Assembly (NCBI GenBank): GCA_963828465.1
Contig: CAWHEU010000018.1
Location: 32,001 to 96,000, forward strand
Direction of reading: 5' to 3'
Length of the DNA stretch: 64,000 nt
Origin: an uncultured Acidobacteriota bacterium
Lineage (GTDB): Bacteria > Actinomycetota > Acidimicrobiia > Spongiisociales > ZC4RG35
In this document: piece by piece, positions 31,691 to 41,962 of the stretch
Layout of the letters: each line of letters begins with the position of its first letter
Position numbering within the stretch: position 1 is the stretch's first letter
Translations under genes and position numbers: made by a program
The notes under the pieces: model-generated
Seen by the model: the letters and a program-made list of their open reading frames with translations, nothing else
What the model was told of the DNA's origin: nothing
Databases searched by the model: none

Positions 31691-34308
31691 AGACTCCCGA
31701 TGAGACGTTCGGCGCTGTCCCGGGCCCGCTCCAGGGCGTCATCGAGACGGTCGCCGTGGGGGCCCCCGGCCTGGGCGAGCTCTGGATCGCGGGAGCCGCC
31801 CCCGCCGAGCTCGGTCGCAGCCTCTGAGATGATCGCCGCGGCCGAGACCCCGGCTTCCACCAGGTCCTTCGTCACCACCCCGACCAGGGAACCCTTCCCG
31901 GCCAGGGCGGATCCGGCAACCACCACCGCAGGTGAGCCGAGGCGATCCCTTACGCCCAGGGCGAGCTGGCGCAGAGAATTGGGGTCGAGGTCAGGCGCGG
32001 AGGCGACCAGCAGCGATGTTCCGCCGACCTTCGTCGCCCGGCCTGCCAGCTCGACCGCGAGCTCGCCACGTCGTTGGGAGCGCAGAATGTCCAGTTCGCC
32101 TTCCAGTGTGTCGATCCGCTCGAGTAGGCCCTCGACTCGCGTCGGAACCTCAGGTCCTGAGACCTTGAGCATCCGGCCTACCCGGTCGAGCCCGGCGCGG
32201 AGCTCGACGAGCTGCTGATAGGCCGCCAGGCCGGTGAGGGCTTCGACCCGGCGGAGATTGGACCCGATCGACGACTCCGATGTCACCAGCAACGGCCCGA
32301 CCTGCGCCGAGGTATGGGTGTGGGTACCACCGCAGAACTCGGTTGAGAAGCTCCCCACCTGCACAACCCGCACCGTGTCGCCGTATTTGTCGCCGAAGAA
32401 GGCCAGAGCACCCATCTCCTCGGCCTCTTCCTTGGTCGTGACCGTCGTCTTCACCCGCTCGTTGTCGATCAGCTTCTCGTTGGCCCGGGCCTCCACCTCG
32501 GCCAGCTCCTGGGGGGCGACCTGGGCGAAGTGAGAGAAGTCGAAGCGAAGCCGGCCCGGCTCGACCAGGGAGCCAGCCTGGCTGGCGTGATCGCCGAGCA
32601 CGTCACGGAGCGCCCAATGAAGGACATGGGTTCCGGTGTGGCTCTTGCGTATCGCCTCGCGACGAGGGATGTCGATGCTGGCCGTGGCATGCTGACCAAC
32701 CGCCAGATAGCCGGATTGGACCCGGACGCGATGACCGTGGAGACCCTGGAGGGCGTGCTTGGTGTCGAGTACGACGGCGGACCCGGTCTCGGTCTCGATG
32801 AGCCCGGTGTCCCCGATCTGGCCCCCGGATTCGGCGTAGAAGGGCGTGCGACTGAGGAAGACCTCGACCTGCCTTCCCTCCTCGGCACGCTCGACCGGCT
32901 CGCCGTCGGCCACCATCGCCAGGACCTGGCCCTCGGCGGCGTCGGTCTCGTAACCGACGAACTCGGTGAGGCCGGTGACGTCGAGCACCGAGCGGTACAC
33001 CTCCTGAGCGGCGACCTCGTCCCCGCCCTTCCAGGCGGCGCGGGCGCGGCGTCGCTGTTCGGCCATCTCACTCTCGAAACCCTGGGTGTCGACTTCGACC
33101 CCCCGCTCGGCGGCGATCTCCCGGGTGAGCTCGACCGGGAAGCCGAAAGTGTCGTGGAGCTTGAAGACGGTCGCGCCGGATAGCGCCGGAGCATCTTCCC
33201 GGGCCAGCTCGGCGTCGAGCAGCTGATGGCCCGATTCGAGCGTCCGGCGAAAACGCTCCTCCTCCCTGACCACGACCTGATTGATGAAGTCCCGTCTCTC
33301 GACCACTTCGCTGTACCAGTCGCCCATGACTTCGACGGTCGCATCCACCAGCGAGGGGAATACCAGGCCTTCTCCCCCGTACTGCCAGGCATGGCGCACC
33401 GCTCGACGAAGGATCCGCCGGAGCACATACCCCCGGCCGTCGTTCGACGGAACCACGCCGTCCGCGATCAGGAAGGTCACCGCACGGCCATGGTCGGCGA
33501 GGATGCGAAGGGAGACATCGTGCAGCTCGTCCTCGCCGTAAGTGAGCCCGGTGTATGAAGAGGCCGCATCCCGGACGTGAGAGATGGTGTCGATGTCGAA
33601 CACCGATGGCACGCCCTGCAACACCGCCGCCATCCGCTCCAGACCCATCCCGGTGTCGATGCTCTTGGCCGGCAGGTCGCCGATCACGTGATAGGGCTCG
33701 TCCTGGATGTTCTGCATGAAGACGAGATTCCAGACCTCCACGAAGCGGTCCTCGTCCCCGACGGCGGGACCACCGCCTTCGCCGAACTCGGCCCCCTTGT
33801 CGTAGAAGATCTCTGAGCTCGGCCCGCAAGGCCCAGGCACGCCCATCTGCCAGAAATTCTCTTTCTCGTCACGCCGCTGGATCCGCTCGGCCGGGACGAT
33901 CCCGGACCAGATCTCGGCCGCCTCGTCGTCGGTCTCGAACACCGTGTACCAGAGGAGATCGGGGTCGAGCCCGAGCCTTTGGGTGACGAACTCGTACGAC
34001 CAGGCGATCGCGTCTTCCTTGAAGTAGTCACCGAAGCTGAAGTTGCCGGGCATCTCGAAGAAGGAGAGATGGCGCTTCGTGGACCCGATGATGTCGATGT
34101 CGATCGTGCGGACGACCTTCTGGACCGTGGTCGCCCGTTTGTGTGGCGGCGTCTCCTCGCCGAGGAAGTAGGGCTTGAACGGGACCATCCCGGCGTTGGT
34201 GAGGAGCAGGGTGGGATCGTTGGGGATGAGAGACGCGGAGGGGCGCACCACATGCCCTTTTTCCTCGAAGAAGGATGTGAAAGCGGTTCGAATCTGGTTG
34301 CTGTCCAA
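31687..34308 (-). CDS. alaS: alanine--tRNA ligase
   Basis: DPTLLLTNAGMVPFK, GPCGPSSE, DTGMGLER, HTGTHVLH, FCGGTH, GGGG..AQAGG. Confidence 0.99.
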   Translation of the reverse strand: MDSNQIRTAFTSFFEEKGHVVRPSASLIPNDPTLLLTNAGMVPFKPYFLGEETPPHKRATTVQKVVRTIDIDIIGSTKRHLSFFEMPGNFSFGDYFKEDAIAWSYEFVTQRLGLDPDLLWYTVFETDDEAAEIWSGIVPAERIQRRDEKENFWQMGVPGPCGPSSEIFYDKGAEFGEGGGPAVGDEDRFVEVWNLVFMQNIQDEPYHVIGDLPAKSIDTGMGLERMAAVLQGVPSVFDIDTISHVRDAASSYTGLTYGEDELHDVSLRILADHGRAVTFLIADGVVPSNDGRGYVLRRILRRAVRHAWQYGGEGLVFPSLVDATVEVMGDWYSEVVERRDFINQVVVREEERFRRTLESGHQLLDAELAREDAPALSGATVFKLHDTFGFPVELTREIAAERGVEVDTQGFESEMAEQRRRARAAWKGGDEVAAQEVYRSVLDVTGLTEFVGYETDAAEGQVLAMVADGEPVERAEEGRQVEVFLSRTPFYAESGGQIGDTGLIETETGSAVVLDTKHALQGLHGHRVRVQSGYLAVGQHATASIDIPRREAIRKSHTGTHVLHWALRDVLGDHASQAGSLVEPGRLRFDFSHFAQVAPQELAEVEARANEKLIDNERVKTTVTTKEEAEEMGALAFFGDKYGDTVRVVQVGSFSTEFCGGTHTHTSAQVGPLLVTSESSIGSNLRRVEALTGLAAYQQLVELRAGLDRVGRMLKVSGPEVPTRVEGLLERIDTLEGELDILRSQRRGELAVELAGRATKVGGTSLLVASAPDLDPNSLRQLALGVRDRLGSPAVVVAGSALAGKGSLVGVVTKDLVEAGVSAAAIISEAATELGGGGSRDPELAQAGGPHGDRLDDALERARDSAERLIGSL

Positions 34309-34340
34309 AGGATTCCGGTCCTGAAGAGCGAGCGGCGAGG

Positions 34341-34532
34341 TTAACGAGAGACGGAGACCTGCCTGCTCCTATTGGGCCGGACCGCATTGGCGGCCAGGTC
34401 GAGCAGGTCGGCCCCCGTGGCCGCAGCAGCGTCTTTCCACTCGACTGGCGTCGGGCTCCGGCGCAATGCGCGGACCGTGATCCAGCCCCCGACAAGCACC
34501 CCTATGACGAACCACGACATCCGATCGAGCAT
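34341..34532 (-). CDS. small membrane-anchored hypothetical protein
   Basis: 63 aa with hydrophobic N-terminus SWFVIGVLVGGW; usual slot between rarA and alaS; TAGCCT 6 nt before the ATG. Confidence 0.6.
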   Translation of the reverse strand: MLDRMSWFVIGVLVGGWITVRALRRSPTPVEWKDAAAATGADLLDLAANAVRPNRSRQVSVSR

Positions 34533-34541
34533 CCCCCGAGG

Positions 34542-35885
34542 CTACCCCTTGCCCCGGCCCTCCCGGCCCAGGATTCGGTCGATCTCGTCGAGCCGGGGCC
34601 GCATGGCTTTCTCGTCACCCTGCTCCCCCGGCTCGAACAGAACCTCGGCAGGCACACCGTCCGGGAAGTATTGCTGAGCGACCACGCCGCCCTCGAAGTC
34701 GTGCGCAGAGCGGTACCCAGAACCGTGACCCAGTTTCTCGGCGCCCGGGTATGCCGCCGACCGGAGATGGGGCGGAACGCTTGCGGACGGGCCATCGATG
34801 ACGAGTTGGCGCGCCTTGGCCATCGCCCGCCCGACGGAGTTCGATTTTGGGGCCGCGGCCAGATAGATCGTCGCCTCGGTCAGGTGGTAGGTCGCCTCGG
34901 GCAGCCCGACGTAGGCGAGGGCGTCGGCGGCCGCCACCGCCAGCGGGAGGGCGTGGGGGTCGGCCAAACCAATGTCCTCCGACGCCAGGATGATGAGTCT
35001 GCGCGCGATGAACTCGGGATCCTCGCCGCCCTCGAGCATGAGGAACAGCCAGTAGAGGGCGGCGTCGGGGTCGGAGCCACGGACGCTCTTTATGAAGGCG
35101 GAGATGACGTCGTAGTGCTGGTCGCCCACCTTGTCGTAACGAACGATCCTTCGCTGCAGGGCCTCTGCCACGTCTGCGATCGAAATCGTTGACCGGTCAT
35201 TGCCTGAGGCGAGGAGCGCCGCTACTTCCAGCGAGTTGAGTGCCTGTCTCCCATCACCCCCGGTGCGGTTGCCCAGCTCTTCGAGCGCATCCGTGTCGAT
35301 GTCCAGGCCCATCTCTCCCAGGCCACGCTCGCTGTCGATGAGGGCTCGCTGAATCAGGTCGGCCAGCTCCTCCGGTCGCAAGGACTCGAGCCGGAACAGG
35401 GTCATCCTGCTCATCAGAGGTGAGTTGACCTCGAAGAACGGGTTCTCGGTCGTTGCCCCGATCAGGATCAATGTCCCGTCCTCGACACCGGGAAGGAGAG
35501 CGTCCTGTTGGTTCTTGGCGAACCGATGGATCTCGTCGAGGAAGAGGACCGTCCGCCGCTCATCTGTCGCCAGGCGGCTCTTGGCCCCCGCCAGCACCTC
35601 ACGGATGTCCTTCACCCCGGCAGAGGTCGCCGAGAGAGTCTCGAAGGCGGCTTCCGCCCTGGATGCGACCAGACGGGCCAGAGTGGTCTTACCCGTCCCC
35701 GGCGGGCCCCAGAGCAACATCGACACCGGCCGTCCCGACTCCACCAGACGGCGGAATGCCGCGTCGGGTGCCATCAGCGCCGGTTGGCCGACGACCTCGT
35801 CGAGAGAGCCGGGCCTCATCCTGGTGGCCAGCGGGGCGGCCCGCGATGTCAGCTCGTCTGCTCGAGCCGAGAACAGGTCACTCAC
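34542..35885 (-). CDS. rarA: replication-associated recombination protein A (AAA+ ATPase)
   Basis: PLATRMRP, WGPPGTGKTT, DEIHRF, ATTENP, ISAFIKSVRGSDPDA. Confidence 0.97.
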   Translation of the reverse strand: MSDLFSARADELTSRAAPLATRMRPGSLDEVVGQPALMAPDAAFRRLVESGRPVSMLLWGPPGTGKTTLARLVASRAEAAFETLSATSAGVKDIREVLAGAKSRLATDERRTVLFLDEIHRFAKNQQDALLPGVEDGTLILIGATTENPFFEVNSPLMSRMTLFRLESLRPEELADLIQRALIDSERGLGEMGLDIDTDALEELGNRTGGDGRQALNSLEVAALLASGNDRSTISIADVAEALQRRIVRYDKVGDQHYDVISAFIKSVRGSDPDAALYWLFLMLEGGEDPEFIARRLIILASEDIGLADPHALPLAVAAADALAYVGLPEATYHLTEATIYLAAAPKSNSVGRAMAKARQLVIDGPSASVPPHLRSAAYPGAEKLGHGSGYRSAHDFEGGVVAQQYFPDGVPAEVLFEPGEQGDEKAMRPRLDEIDRILGREGRGKG

Positions 35886-37644
35886 CCGGATCGTCCGGCA
35901 GCTCCTGGCGGGCCAGGGCCGACTCGGTGAGGGCGACGCCGAGTTCCTCCAGCTGCGTCTCCTCGACCCAGGTCGGGGCGCCTGTCATGGGGTCGACGCC
36001 GCTCTGCGTCTTGGGGAACGGGATCACCTCGCGGATCGAGGTCTCGCCCTGGAGGACCATCACGAGGCGGTCGATGCCGAAGGCGAACCCGGCATGGGGC
36101 GGCGTGCCGTATCTCAGCGCCTCGAGGAACCATCCGAAGCGCCGGTCGGCGGTCTCCGGTTCGATTCCCAGGATGTCGAACACCTGACGCTGCACGTCCG
36201 GGTCGTGGATCCGGACCGAGCCGGAGCCGAGCTCGACTCCGTTGAGCACCGCGTCATAGGCCTTGGATATCGCCTCAGTCGGATTGTCCCGCATCTCGTC
36301 CAGCGAGGCAGGCGACGTGAACGGGTGATGAGAGAAGGTGATTGTGCCGTCTTCCTCCTCCTCGAACAACGGAAAGTCGATCACCCATAGGAAGGCCAGG
36401 TCCTCGTGGTCAGAGGGTCGGAGAAGGTCGTTGCGAAGCGCCCCGAGGACCTCGACTGCCGGGTTCCATCGGTCGGCAGCTATCAGCAGGACATCACCGG
36501 GTTTGGCATCCAGGGCGTCTCGAATCCCGGTCAGCTCGTTGTCATCGAGGAACTTCGCCACCGGGGAGCGCAGCGATCCGTCCTCCTCGACGACCATCCA
36601 CACCAAACCCTTGGCTCCGAGCTCCTTGGCCCGCTCGGTGAGCGAGTCGGCACGGCTCCGGGGCCAGTCCTGGGACCCGACATTGATGCCCCGGATGGTC
36701 CCTCCGCTTGCCAGCGTGTCGCTGAAGACACCGAATCCGCTCTTGCCGAACAGGTCAGACAGGTCGACGATCTCGGCGCCAAACCTCAGGTCTGGTTTGT
36801 CCGTGCCGAACCGGTCCATGCTCTCCTGCCATGTGAGACGGGGGAAGGGACGGGTCACATCTATCCCGCGCAACTCCTTCGCCACGGCGACCAGAACGCT
36901 CTCGATCGTGTCGAGGACGTCGTCGCGGTCCCAGAACGACCCTTCCAGGTCCAGCTGGGTGAATTCGAGCTGACGGTCAGCTCTGAAGTCCTCGTCCCGG
37001 TAGCAGCGGGCGATCTGGAAATACCGCTCGACCCCGGCGACCATCAGCAATTGCTTGAAGAGCTGGGGTGACTGGGGCAGGGCGTAGAACTCTCCCTTGC
37101 GCAGCCTGGAGGGCACCAGCATGTCCCGAGCCCCCTCGGGGGTGCTGTTGACGAGCGTCGGCGTCTCGACCTCGAGGAACCCTTGCTCGTCGAGAGTGCG
37201 GCGTATCGCCGCGGTCGCCCGCGAACGCGCTCTCAGGTTTGCCCCCATCCGCGGCCGGCGTAGATCCAGGTAGCGGTAACGGAGCCGGGCACGCTCGTCG
37301 ATCTCGACCCTGTCATCGATCATGAACGGCAAGGTGTCCGCAGGTGAGAGCACAGCGAGCTCCCCCACCCCCATCTCTACCCCACCAGTCGGCAGATCGG
37401 GGTTCTCGGTGCCCTCTGGGCGGGCCCTGATCACACCGGTCACCGAGATGCAATATTCCATCTTCAAATCGGTGACTTCCTCATGCTCAGCAGGGTCGGC
37501 CACCACCTGGATCACGCCCGAGGCGTCGCGGACATCGATGAAGGCGATCCCGCCGTGGTCGCGGCGACGTTGGACCCATCCCGAGACCGTCACTGTCGTT
37601 CCGATGTCTGATGCTCGCAGAGACCCGGCCGGGCTGCGCATCAC
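35878..37644 (-). CDS. aspS: aspartate--tRNA ligase (probably non-discriminating Asp/Asn)
   Basis: RRDHGG, YRYLDLRR, LPQSPQLFKQ, RDEDFRADRQ, PPHAGFAFGIDR; GTG overlaps the hisS stop. Confidence 0.98.
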   Translation of the reverse strand: MMRSPAGSLRASDIGTTVTVSGWVQRRRDHGGIAFIDVRDASGVIQVVADPAEHEEVTDLKMEYCISVTGVIRARPEGTENPDLPTGGVEMGVGELAVLSPADTLPFMIDDRVEIDERARLRYRYLDLRRPRMGANLRARSRATAAIRRTLDEQGFLEVETPTLVNSTPEGARDMLVPSRLRKGEFYALPQSPQLFKQLLMVAGVERYFQIARCYRDEDFRADRQLEFTQLDLEGSFWDRDDVLDTIESVLVAVAKELRGIDVTRPFPRLTWQESMDRFGTDKPDLRFGAEIVDLSDLFGKSGFGVFSDTLASGGTIRGINVGSQDWPRSRADSLTERAKELGAKGLVWMVVEEDGSLRSPVAKFLDDNELTGIRDALDAKPGDVLLIAADRWNPAVEVLGALRNDLLRPSDHEDLAFLWVIDFPLFEEEEDGTITFSHHPFTSPASLDEMRDNPTEAISKAYDAVLNGVELGSGSVRIHDPDVQRQVFDILGIEPETADRRFGWFLEALRYGTPPHAGFAFGIDRLVMVLQGETSIREVIPFPKTQSGVDPMTGAPTWVEETQLEELGVALTESALARQELPDDPGE

Positions 37645-38852
37645 AGCCGTCCCTCGAGCCATTCCGCCACGGAGCCGAGTGGCATTCCAGACCTCTCGTC
37701 ACCGATCCGCACATCGACGTCATCGCCGGCCGCGGGCAAGACCACCACTGCTCGTGCCCCGAGGCGGCTCGCGGCTCTGAACTGTGCGTCGACCTTGCGC
37801 CCTTCGGTGTCCATCTCGACCCGGAGGCCTTCGCGTCGCAACGCCGACGCGGCGATCAGCGCCTCGATCGGCCCCGACTCGGAGACGAGGTACACGTCGA
37901 TCCTCCCGGCGGCCTCCCTGGTCGAGGCGAGGACGATGCGGTCGACACCCAGGGCGAAACCGACACCCGGGGCCGGTCTCCCCCCGATCGACTCGGCAAG
38001 ACCGTCATATCGGCCGCCACCACCGACGGCGTTCTGAGCTGCCTCGAGATCAGTGGCCACATACTCGAACGCCGTCCGGGTGTAGTAGTCGAGACCCCGG
38101 ACCAGGCGCGCGTCCTCCACGAAGGGCACGTCGAGGGCCTCCAGCGATTTCTTCACCTGTGAGTAGTGATCGGCACACGGCTCGCAGAGATGGTCCTTCA
38201 TCGAGGGAGCGTCGGCCAGGACAGGTGCGCACACCCGGCAGTCGAGGACCCGGAGTGGGTTGACGTCGACGATCGATAGGGAGTCGTCGCACAGGACTTC
38301 GCGTTTCGTGTCGAGGTATCCACGGAGTGTCTCCACATATCCTGGCCGGCACACGGCGTCACCGAGGGAGTTGAGCACGACGTCCAGGCCCGGTACCTCG
38401 ACTGCGGTCAGGAACCGATAGCCGAGCTCGACCACCTCGGCGTCCGCCGCCGGGCCCTCCACGTCGAGATACTCCACGCCGACCTGCCAGAACTGCCGTC
38501 GACGCCCGGCCTGTGGCCGCTCGTGGCGGAACATCGGCCCTGAGTAGGAGCCCTTCCAGGGGCCCTTCGCCCCGCTGTCGAGAAATGCCCTGACCACACC
38601 GGCTGTGCCCTCGGGTCGAAGCGTCAACGAGCGGCCTCCTCGGTCGGTGAAGGTGTACATCTGCTTGGTGACCACCTCGGTATCGCTCCCGACTCCCCTC
38701 TCGAACAGGTCGGTGGCTTCGAAGATCGGCGTCGACACCAGCGGGTAACTGAACAGATCGGCCCACCGCTCCCACTCCCCCAGCACGTCACGCCAGAGAT
38801 TCGATTCGGGCGCGCCGATGTCATCGGTGCCCTTGGGTGGCCGGAAGCTCAT
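37641..38852 (-). CDS. hisS: histidine--tRNA ligase
   Basis: MSFRPPKGTDD, LRPEGTA, FRHERPQAGR, LVRGLDYYT, GGGRYDGL. Confidence 0.98.
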   Translation of the reverse strand: MSFRPPKGTDDIGAPESNLWRDVLGEWERWADLFSYPLVSTPIFEATDLFERGVGSDTEVVTKQMYTFTDRGGRSLTLRPEGTAGVVRAFLDSGAKGPWKGSYSGPMFRHERPQAGRRRQFWQVGVEYLDVEGPAADAEVVELGYRFLTAVEVPGLDVVLNSLGDAVCRPGYVETLRGYLDTKREVLCDDSLSIVDVNPLRVLDCRVCAPVLADAPSMKDHLCEPCADHYSQVKKSLEALDVPFVEDARLVRGLDYYTRTAFEYVATDLEAAQNAVGGGGRYDGLAESIGGRPAPGVGFALGVDRIVLASTREAAGRIDVYLVSESGPIEALIAASALRREGLRVEMDTEGRKVDAQFRAASRLGARAVVVLPAAGDDVDVRIGDERSGMPLGSVAEWLEGRL

Positions 38853-38865
38853 GAGTTCAGGCAGG

Positions 38866-39144
38866 TTAATTGTGGTCCGGCACCCAACGTGCCGACGGCG
38901 ACGGTTGATCACCGAGCGGCGGAACGGCCATTTCGGTTCCGTCGAGAAACAGGTCGACATCGAGAAAGCCGTCGCCTTCCCTGACCGTCGCCACGCGCAG
39001 TCGCGCATTCGGCTTCGATATCCAGGCGGCGCGGTTGCGGAGTCGAATCTCGGTGGCGCGATGATCGCGGGTCAGGACCCGGATACGCGCTCGTCCCGTT
39101 TGAGCCAGTCGTCTCAGTGCGACATCGATCGCGTTCGGCCGCAT
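38866..39144 (-). CDS. hypothetical protein (92 aa)
   Basis: Fills the MBL-hisS gap; TATGCT 7 nt before the ATG; no family recognised. Confidence 0.55.
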   Translation of the reverse strand: MRPNAIDVALRRLAQTGRARIRVLTRDHRATEIRLRNRAAWISKPNARLRVATVREGDGFLDVDLFLDGTEMAVPPLGDQPSPSARWVPDHN

Positions 39145-39161
39145 CTACGGGAGCATACGGT

Positions 39162-39800
39162 TCATTGCAGGAACGGGTTGCCCGTCCTTTCCCGGCCGAT
39201 GGTGGTCTCCGGACCGTGGCCCGGGAGCACTCTGGTGTCGTCCGGGAGCACCATTACCTTCTTTTCCATCGAGGTCATGAGCGCAGCCAGCGAGCCATAC
39301 GGGAAGTCGGTCCGTCCGATCGACCCGGCGAACAACTGGTCCCCAGAGAAGAGCGTCTCCTCCTGCTCGAGGTAGAAGCAGCAATGCCCCGGCGTGTGAC
39401 CGGGGGTGTGTCGCACTTCGAACTCGAGACCCGCCAGTCCAATTCGATCCCCATCGCCGAGGGATTCGAATTTCTCGGGGACGTCGTAGACGCCGGGAGG
39501 GGTCATCCCGAACATCGCCTGCAACTGCTCCACCGGGTGCAAGGTAAGGAAATCGTCGTCGGGATGGACATAGACACTGGCGCCGGTCGCCCGGGCCAGC
39601 TCACCGCTGCTGCCGGTGTGGTCGATGTGACCGTGGGTGAGAATCACCGCCGACAGAGTCAGATCGTGCTGGATCAAGACGGCTCCGATGGCGTCAGGAT
39701 CCGGCGGGGCGTCGATCACGACAGCCAGGCCACCGCTCTCTTCAGCGAGGATGTACGCGTTGGTTTCGGCAAGCCAGGCCGGAACCCGGACCGTCAGCAT
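39162..39800 (-). CDS. MBL-fold metallo-hydrolase (glyoxalase II-like)
   Basis: THGHIDH, HTPGHTPG, SGDQLF, GRTD, PGHG. Confidence 0.94.
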   Translation of the reverse strand: MLTVRVPAWLAETNAYILAEESGGLAVVIDAPPDPDAIGAVLIQHDLTLSAVILTHGHIDHTGSSGELARATGASVYVHPDDDFLTLHPVEQLQAMFGMTPPGVYDVPEKFESLGDGDRIGLAGLEFEVRHTPGHTPGHCCFYLEQEETLFSGDQLFAGSIGRTDFPYGSLAALMTSMEKKVMVLPDDTRVLPGHGPETTIGRERTGNPFLQ

Positions 39801-41962
39801 CAGGGGGAGGGATCGGTGGCAAGCCGGAACGAAGAGAACACGCCGTCTACCCCACGCAGGTCGGCGAGGAGCTTGGGTAGTTGGCTCGGGTCGGAGAGCT
39901 CCACCTCATAACGCAGAATCGCCACCCGATCATCGCCGGTGTGAGTCGAGGAGGCAGTGATGTTCCCTCCCGTGTCGCTGACGACGCTGGTCACGTCCCT
40001 GAGCAGACGGGTTCGGTCGAGGGCCTCGACCTGGATCCACACCACAAAAGCCGATGTGCTCTGAGGTGGCCACGACACCTCGACAGTCCGCTCACGTCGC
40101 TCGGCCAGAGATGAGACGTTGGTGCAGTCGGCCCGGTGCACGGATACGCCGCGGCCCACGGTCACGTAACCCACGATCGGGTCGCCGGGTACCGGTGAGC
40201 AACAACGGGCGAGGTGGATGAGCATGTCGTCCTGGCCCTCGACCACGACTTCGGCGGTATCCAACGAGCGTCTCCGGCGAGGCTGAAAGAAGTCGTCCTC
40301 CGTCTCCGGGCTGCGCAGCCTCGAGAGACGGGTCGCCACCGAGTCGATCGAGACCGTCCCTTCGCCGATGGCGACCTGAAGGGCTTCAAGATCCTTCTGA
40401 CCCAGCTCGGCGATGATCGATTCGAGCAAGGTCTCCTTCTCGGAAGCAGAGATTCCGGGCGCCTCGCGCTTCAACAGGGCCTGCAGGGACTCCTTTCCCT
40501 CGGAGAGGGCATGATCACGACGCTCCTTGGTGAACCACTGCCTGATCTTGGACTTGGCCCGACCGGTGCTCACGAAGGCGAGCCAGTCGCGGCTCGGCCC
40601 GGCCTCCATGGACTTCGATGTCAGCACTTCGATGATGTCACCCGATTGGAGACGGGTGGAAAGGGGGACGAGTCGGCCGTTGATCTTTGCTCCGACGCAC
40701 CGATGGCCGACCTCGGTATGGACCGAATATGCGAAATCGATCGCCGTGGATCCGGCTGGCAGTGGCTTGACGTCGCCGCCGGGAGTCAGGACGAACACCT
40801 CGTCCTGATACAGGTCCAGTTTGAGGTTGGCCAGGAACTCCTCGGGGTCCTCCTCCTCGCCCCAGGAGAGGAAATCCATGCGCGGCAGCTGTCCGGCCTC
40901 ACCCTCCTTGTACCGCCAGTGCGCCGCGATGCCTGCCTCCGCCCTCTGGTGCATCTCCTCGGTGCGGATCTGGACTTCGAGCGGCTTGCCGTCAGGGCCT
41001 ATCACCGTGGTGTGGAGCGACTGGTAGAGATTGATCTTGGGCATGGCGATGTAATCCTTGAAGCGCCCGGTCACCGGAACCCAATGACTGTGGATGAGTC
41101 CCAGCGCCGCATAACAATCCCGCATCGACTCGGTGATGATTCGAATGCCGATCAGGTCGTGGATGTCCTCGAATGGCCGGTTCTGCTCTCGCATCTTGCG
41201 GTATATCGAGTACTGGTGTTTCGGCCGGCCGGTCACCTCGGCCTCGATGCCGGAATCGGCGAGGATGCCTGATATCTCGTCGACCATCTTCTCGATGAAC
41301 GCCTCACGCTCCGGCGCCCGCTCAGCCAGTTTGGCCTGGATCTCGGTGTTGGGCCCCGGATAGAGGATTGCGAAGCATCGATCCTCGAACTCGTGCTTGA
41401 TCTCCTGGACACCGAGACGATGGGCCAGCGGGGCATACACATCGAGGGTCTCCTGGGCGACCCGACGCTGCTTTTCCTCCCGCAGGGCGTGGACGGTCCT
41501 GAGGTTGTGAAGACGGTCGAACAGCTTGATGATCAGGACCCGGACGTCCTGGGCCATGGCCACCACCATCTTGCGGATGGTCGCTGCCTGGGCCTGCTCC
41601 CGGTTCGAGTAGCGGACCCGGTCGAGCTTGGTCACGCCATCGATGAGACGCCCGATCTCGTCGCCGAATTGCATGGACAGGTCGCTCAGCGTGAGGTTCG
41701 TGTCCTCCACCGTGTCATGGAGCAGGGCGGCGGCCAGGGTCTGCTCGTCGAGCCCGTAGCCGGCCAGCATGTGGGCAACGGCCAGCGGATGGGTGATGTA
41801 TGGGTCGCCCGTCTTTCGCACCTGGCCCGCATGAGCCTCTGCCGCCACCTCGTGGGCCCGGCGCAACAACTCGACATCGCCATCGGGATGATGGGCGACG
41901 AAAACCTCGGCGACGTCCTCGAATGTCGCCTGACTCGACTCAGTCGTACTTGACGAGGGCAT
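39800..41962 (-). CDS. relA: bifunctional (p)ppGpp synthetase/hydrolase Rel
   Basis: HD motif LLHDTVED, RPKH, YQSLHT, EVQIRT, TGS domain, CCSPVPGD, ACT domain; probable ATG at 41962. Confidence 0.98.
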   Translation of the reverse strand: MPSSSTTESSQATFEDVAEVFVAHHPDGDVELLRRAHEVAAEAHAGQVRKTGDPYITHPLAVAHMLAGYGLDEQTLAAALLHDTVEDTNLTLSDLSMQFGDEIGRLIDGVTKLDRVRYSNREQAQAATIRKMVVAMAQDVRVLIIKLFDRLHNLRTVHALREEKQRRVAQETLDVYAPLAHRLGVQEIKHEFEDRCFAILYPGPNTEIQAKLAERAPEREAFIEKMVDEISGILADSGIEAEVTGRPKHQYSIYRKMREQNRPFEDIHDLIGIRIITESMRDCYAALGLIHSHWVPVTGRFKDYIAMPKINLYQSLHTTVIGPDGKPLEVQIRTEEMHQRAEAGIAAHWRYKEGEAGQLPRMDFLSWGEEEDPEEFLANLKLDLYQDEVFVLTPGGDVKPLPAGSTAIDFAYSVHTEVGHRCVGAKINGRLVPLSTRLQSGDIIEVLTSKSMEAGPSRDWLAFVSTGRAKSKIRQWFTKERRDHALSEGKESLQALLKREAPGISASEKETLLESIIAELGQKDLEALQVAIGEGTVSIDSVATRLSRLRSPETEDDFFQPRRRRSLDTAEVVVEGQDDMLIHLARCCSPVPGDPIVGYVTVGRGVSVHRADCTNVSSLAERRERTVEVSWPPQSTSAFVVWIQVEALDRTRLLRDVTSVVSDTGGNITASSTHTGDDRVAILRYEVELSDPSQLPKLLADLRGVDGVFSSFRLATDPSP

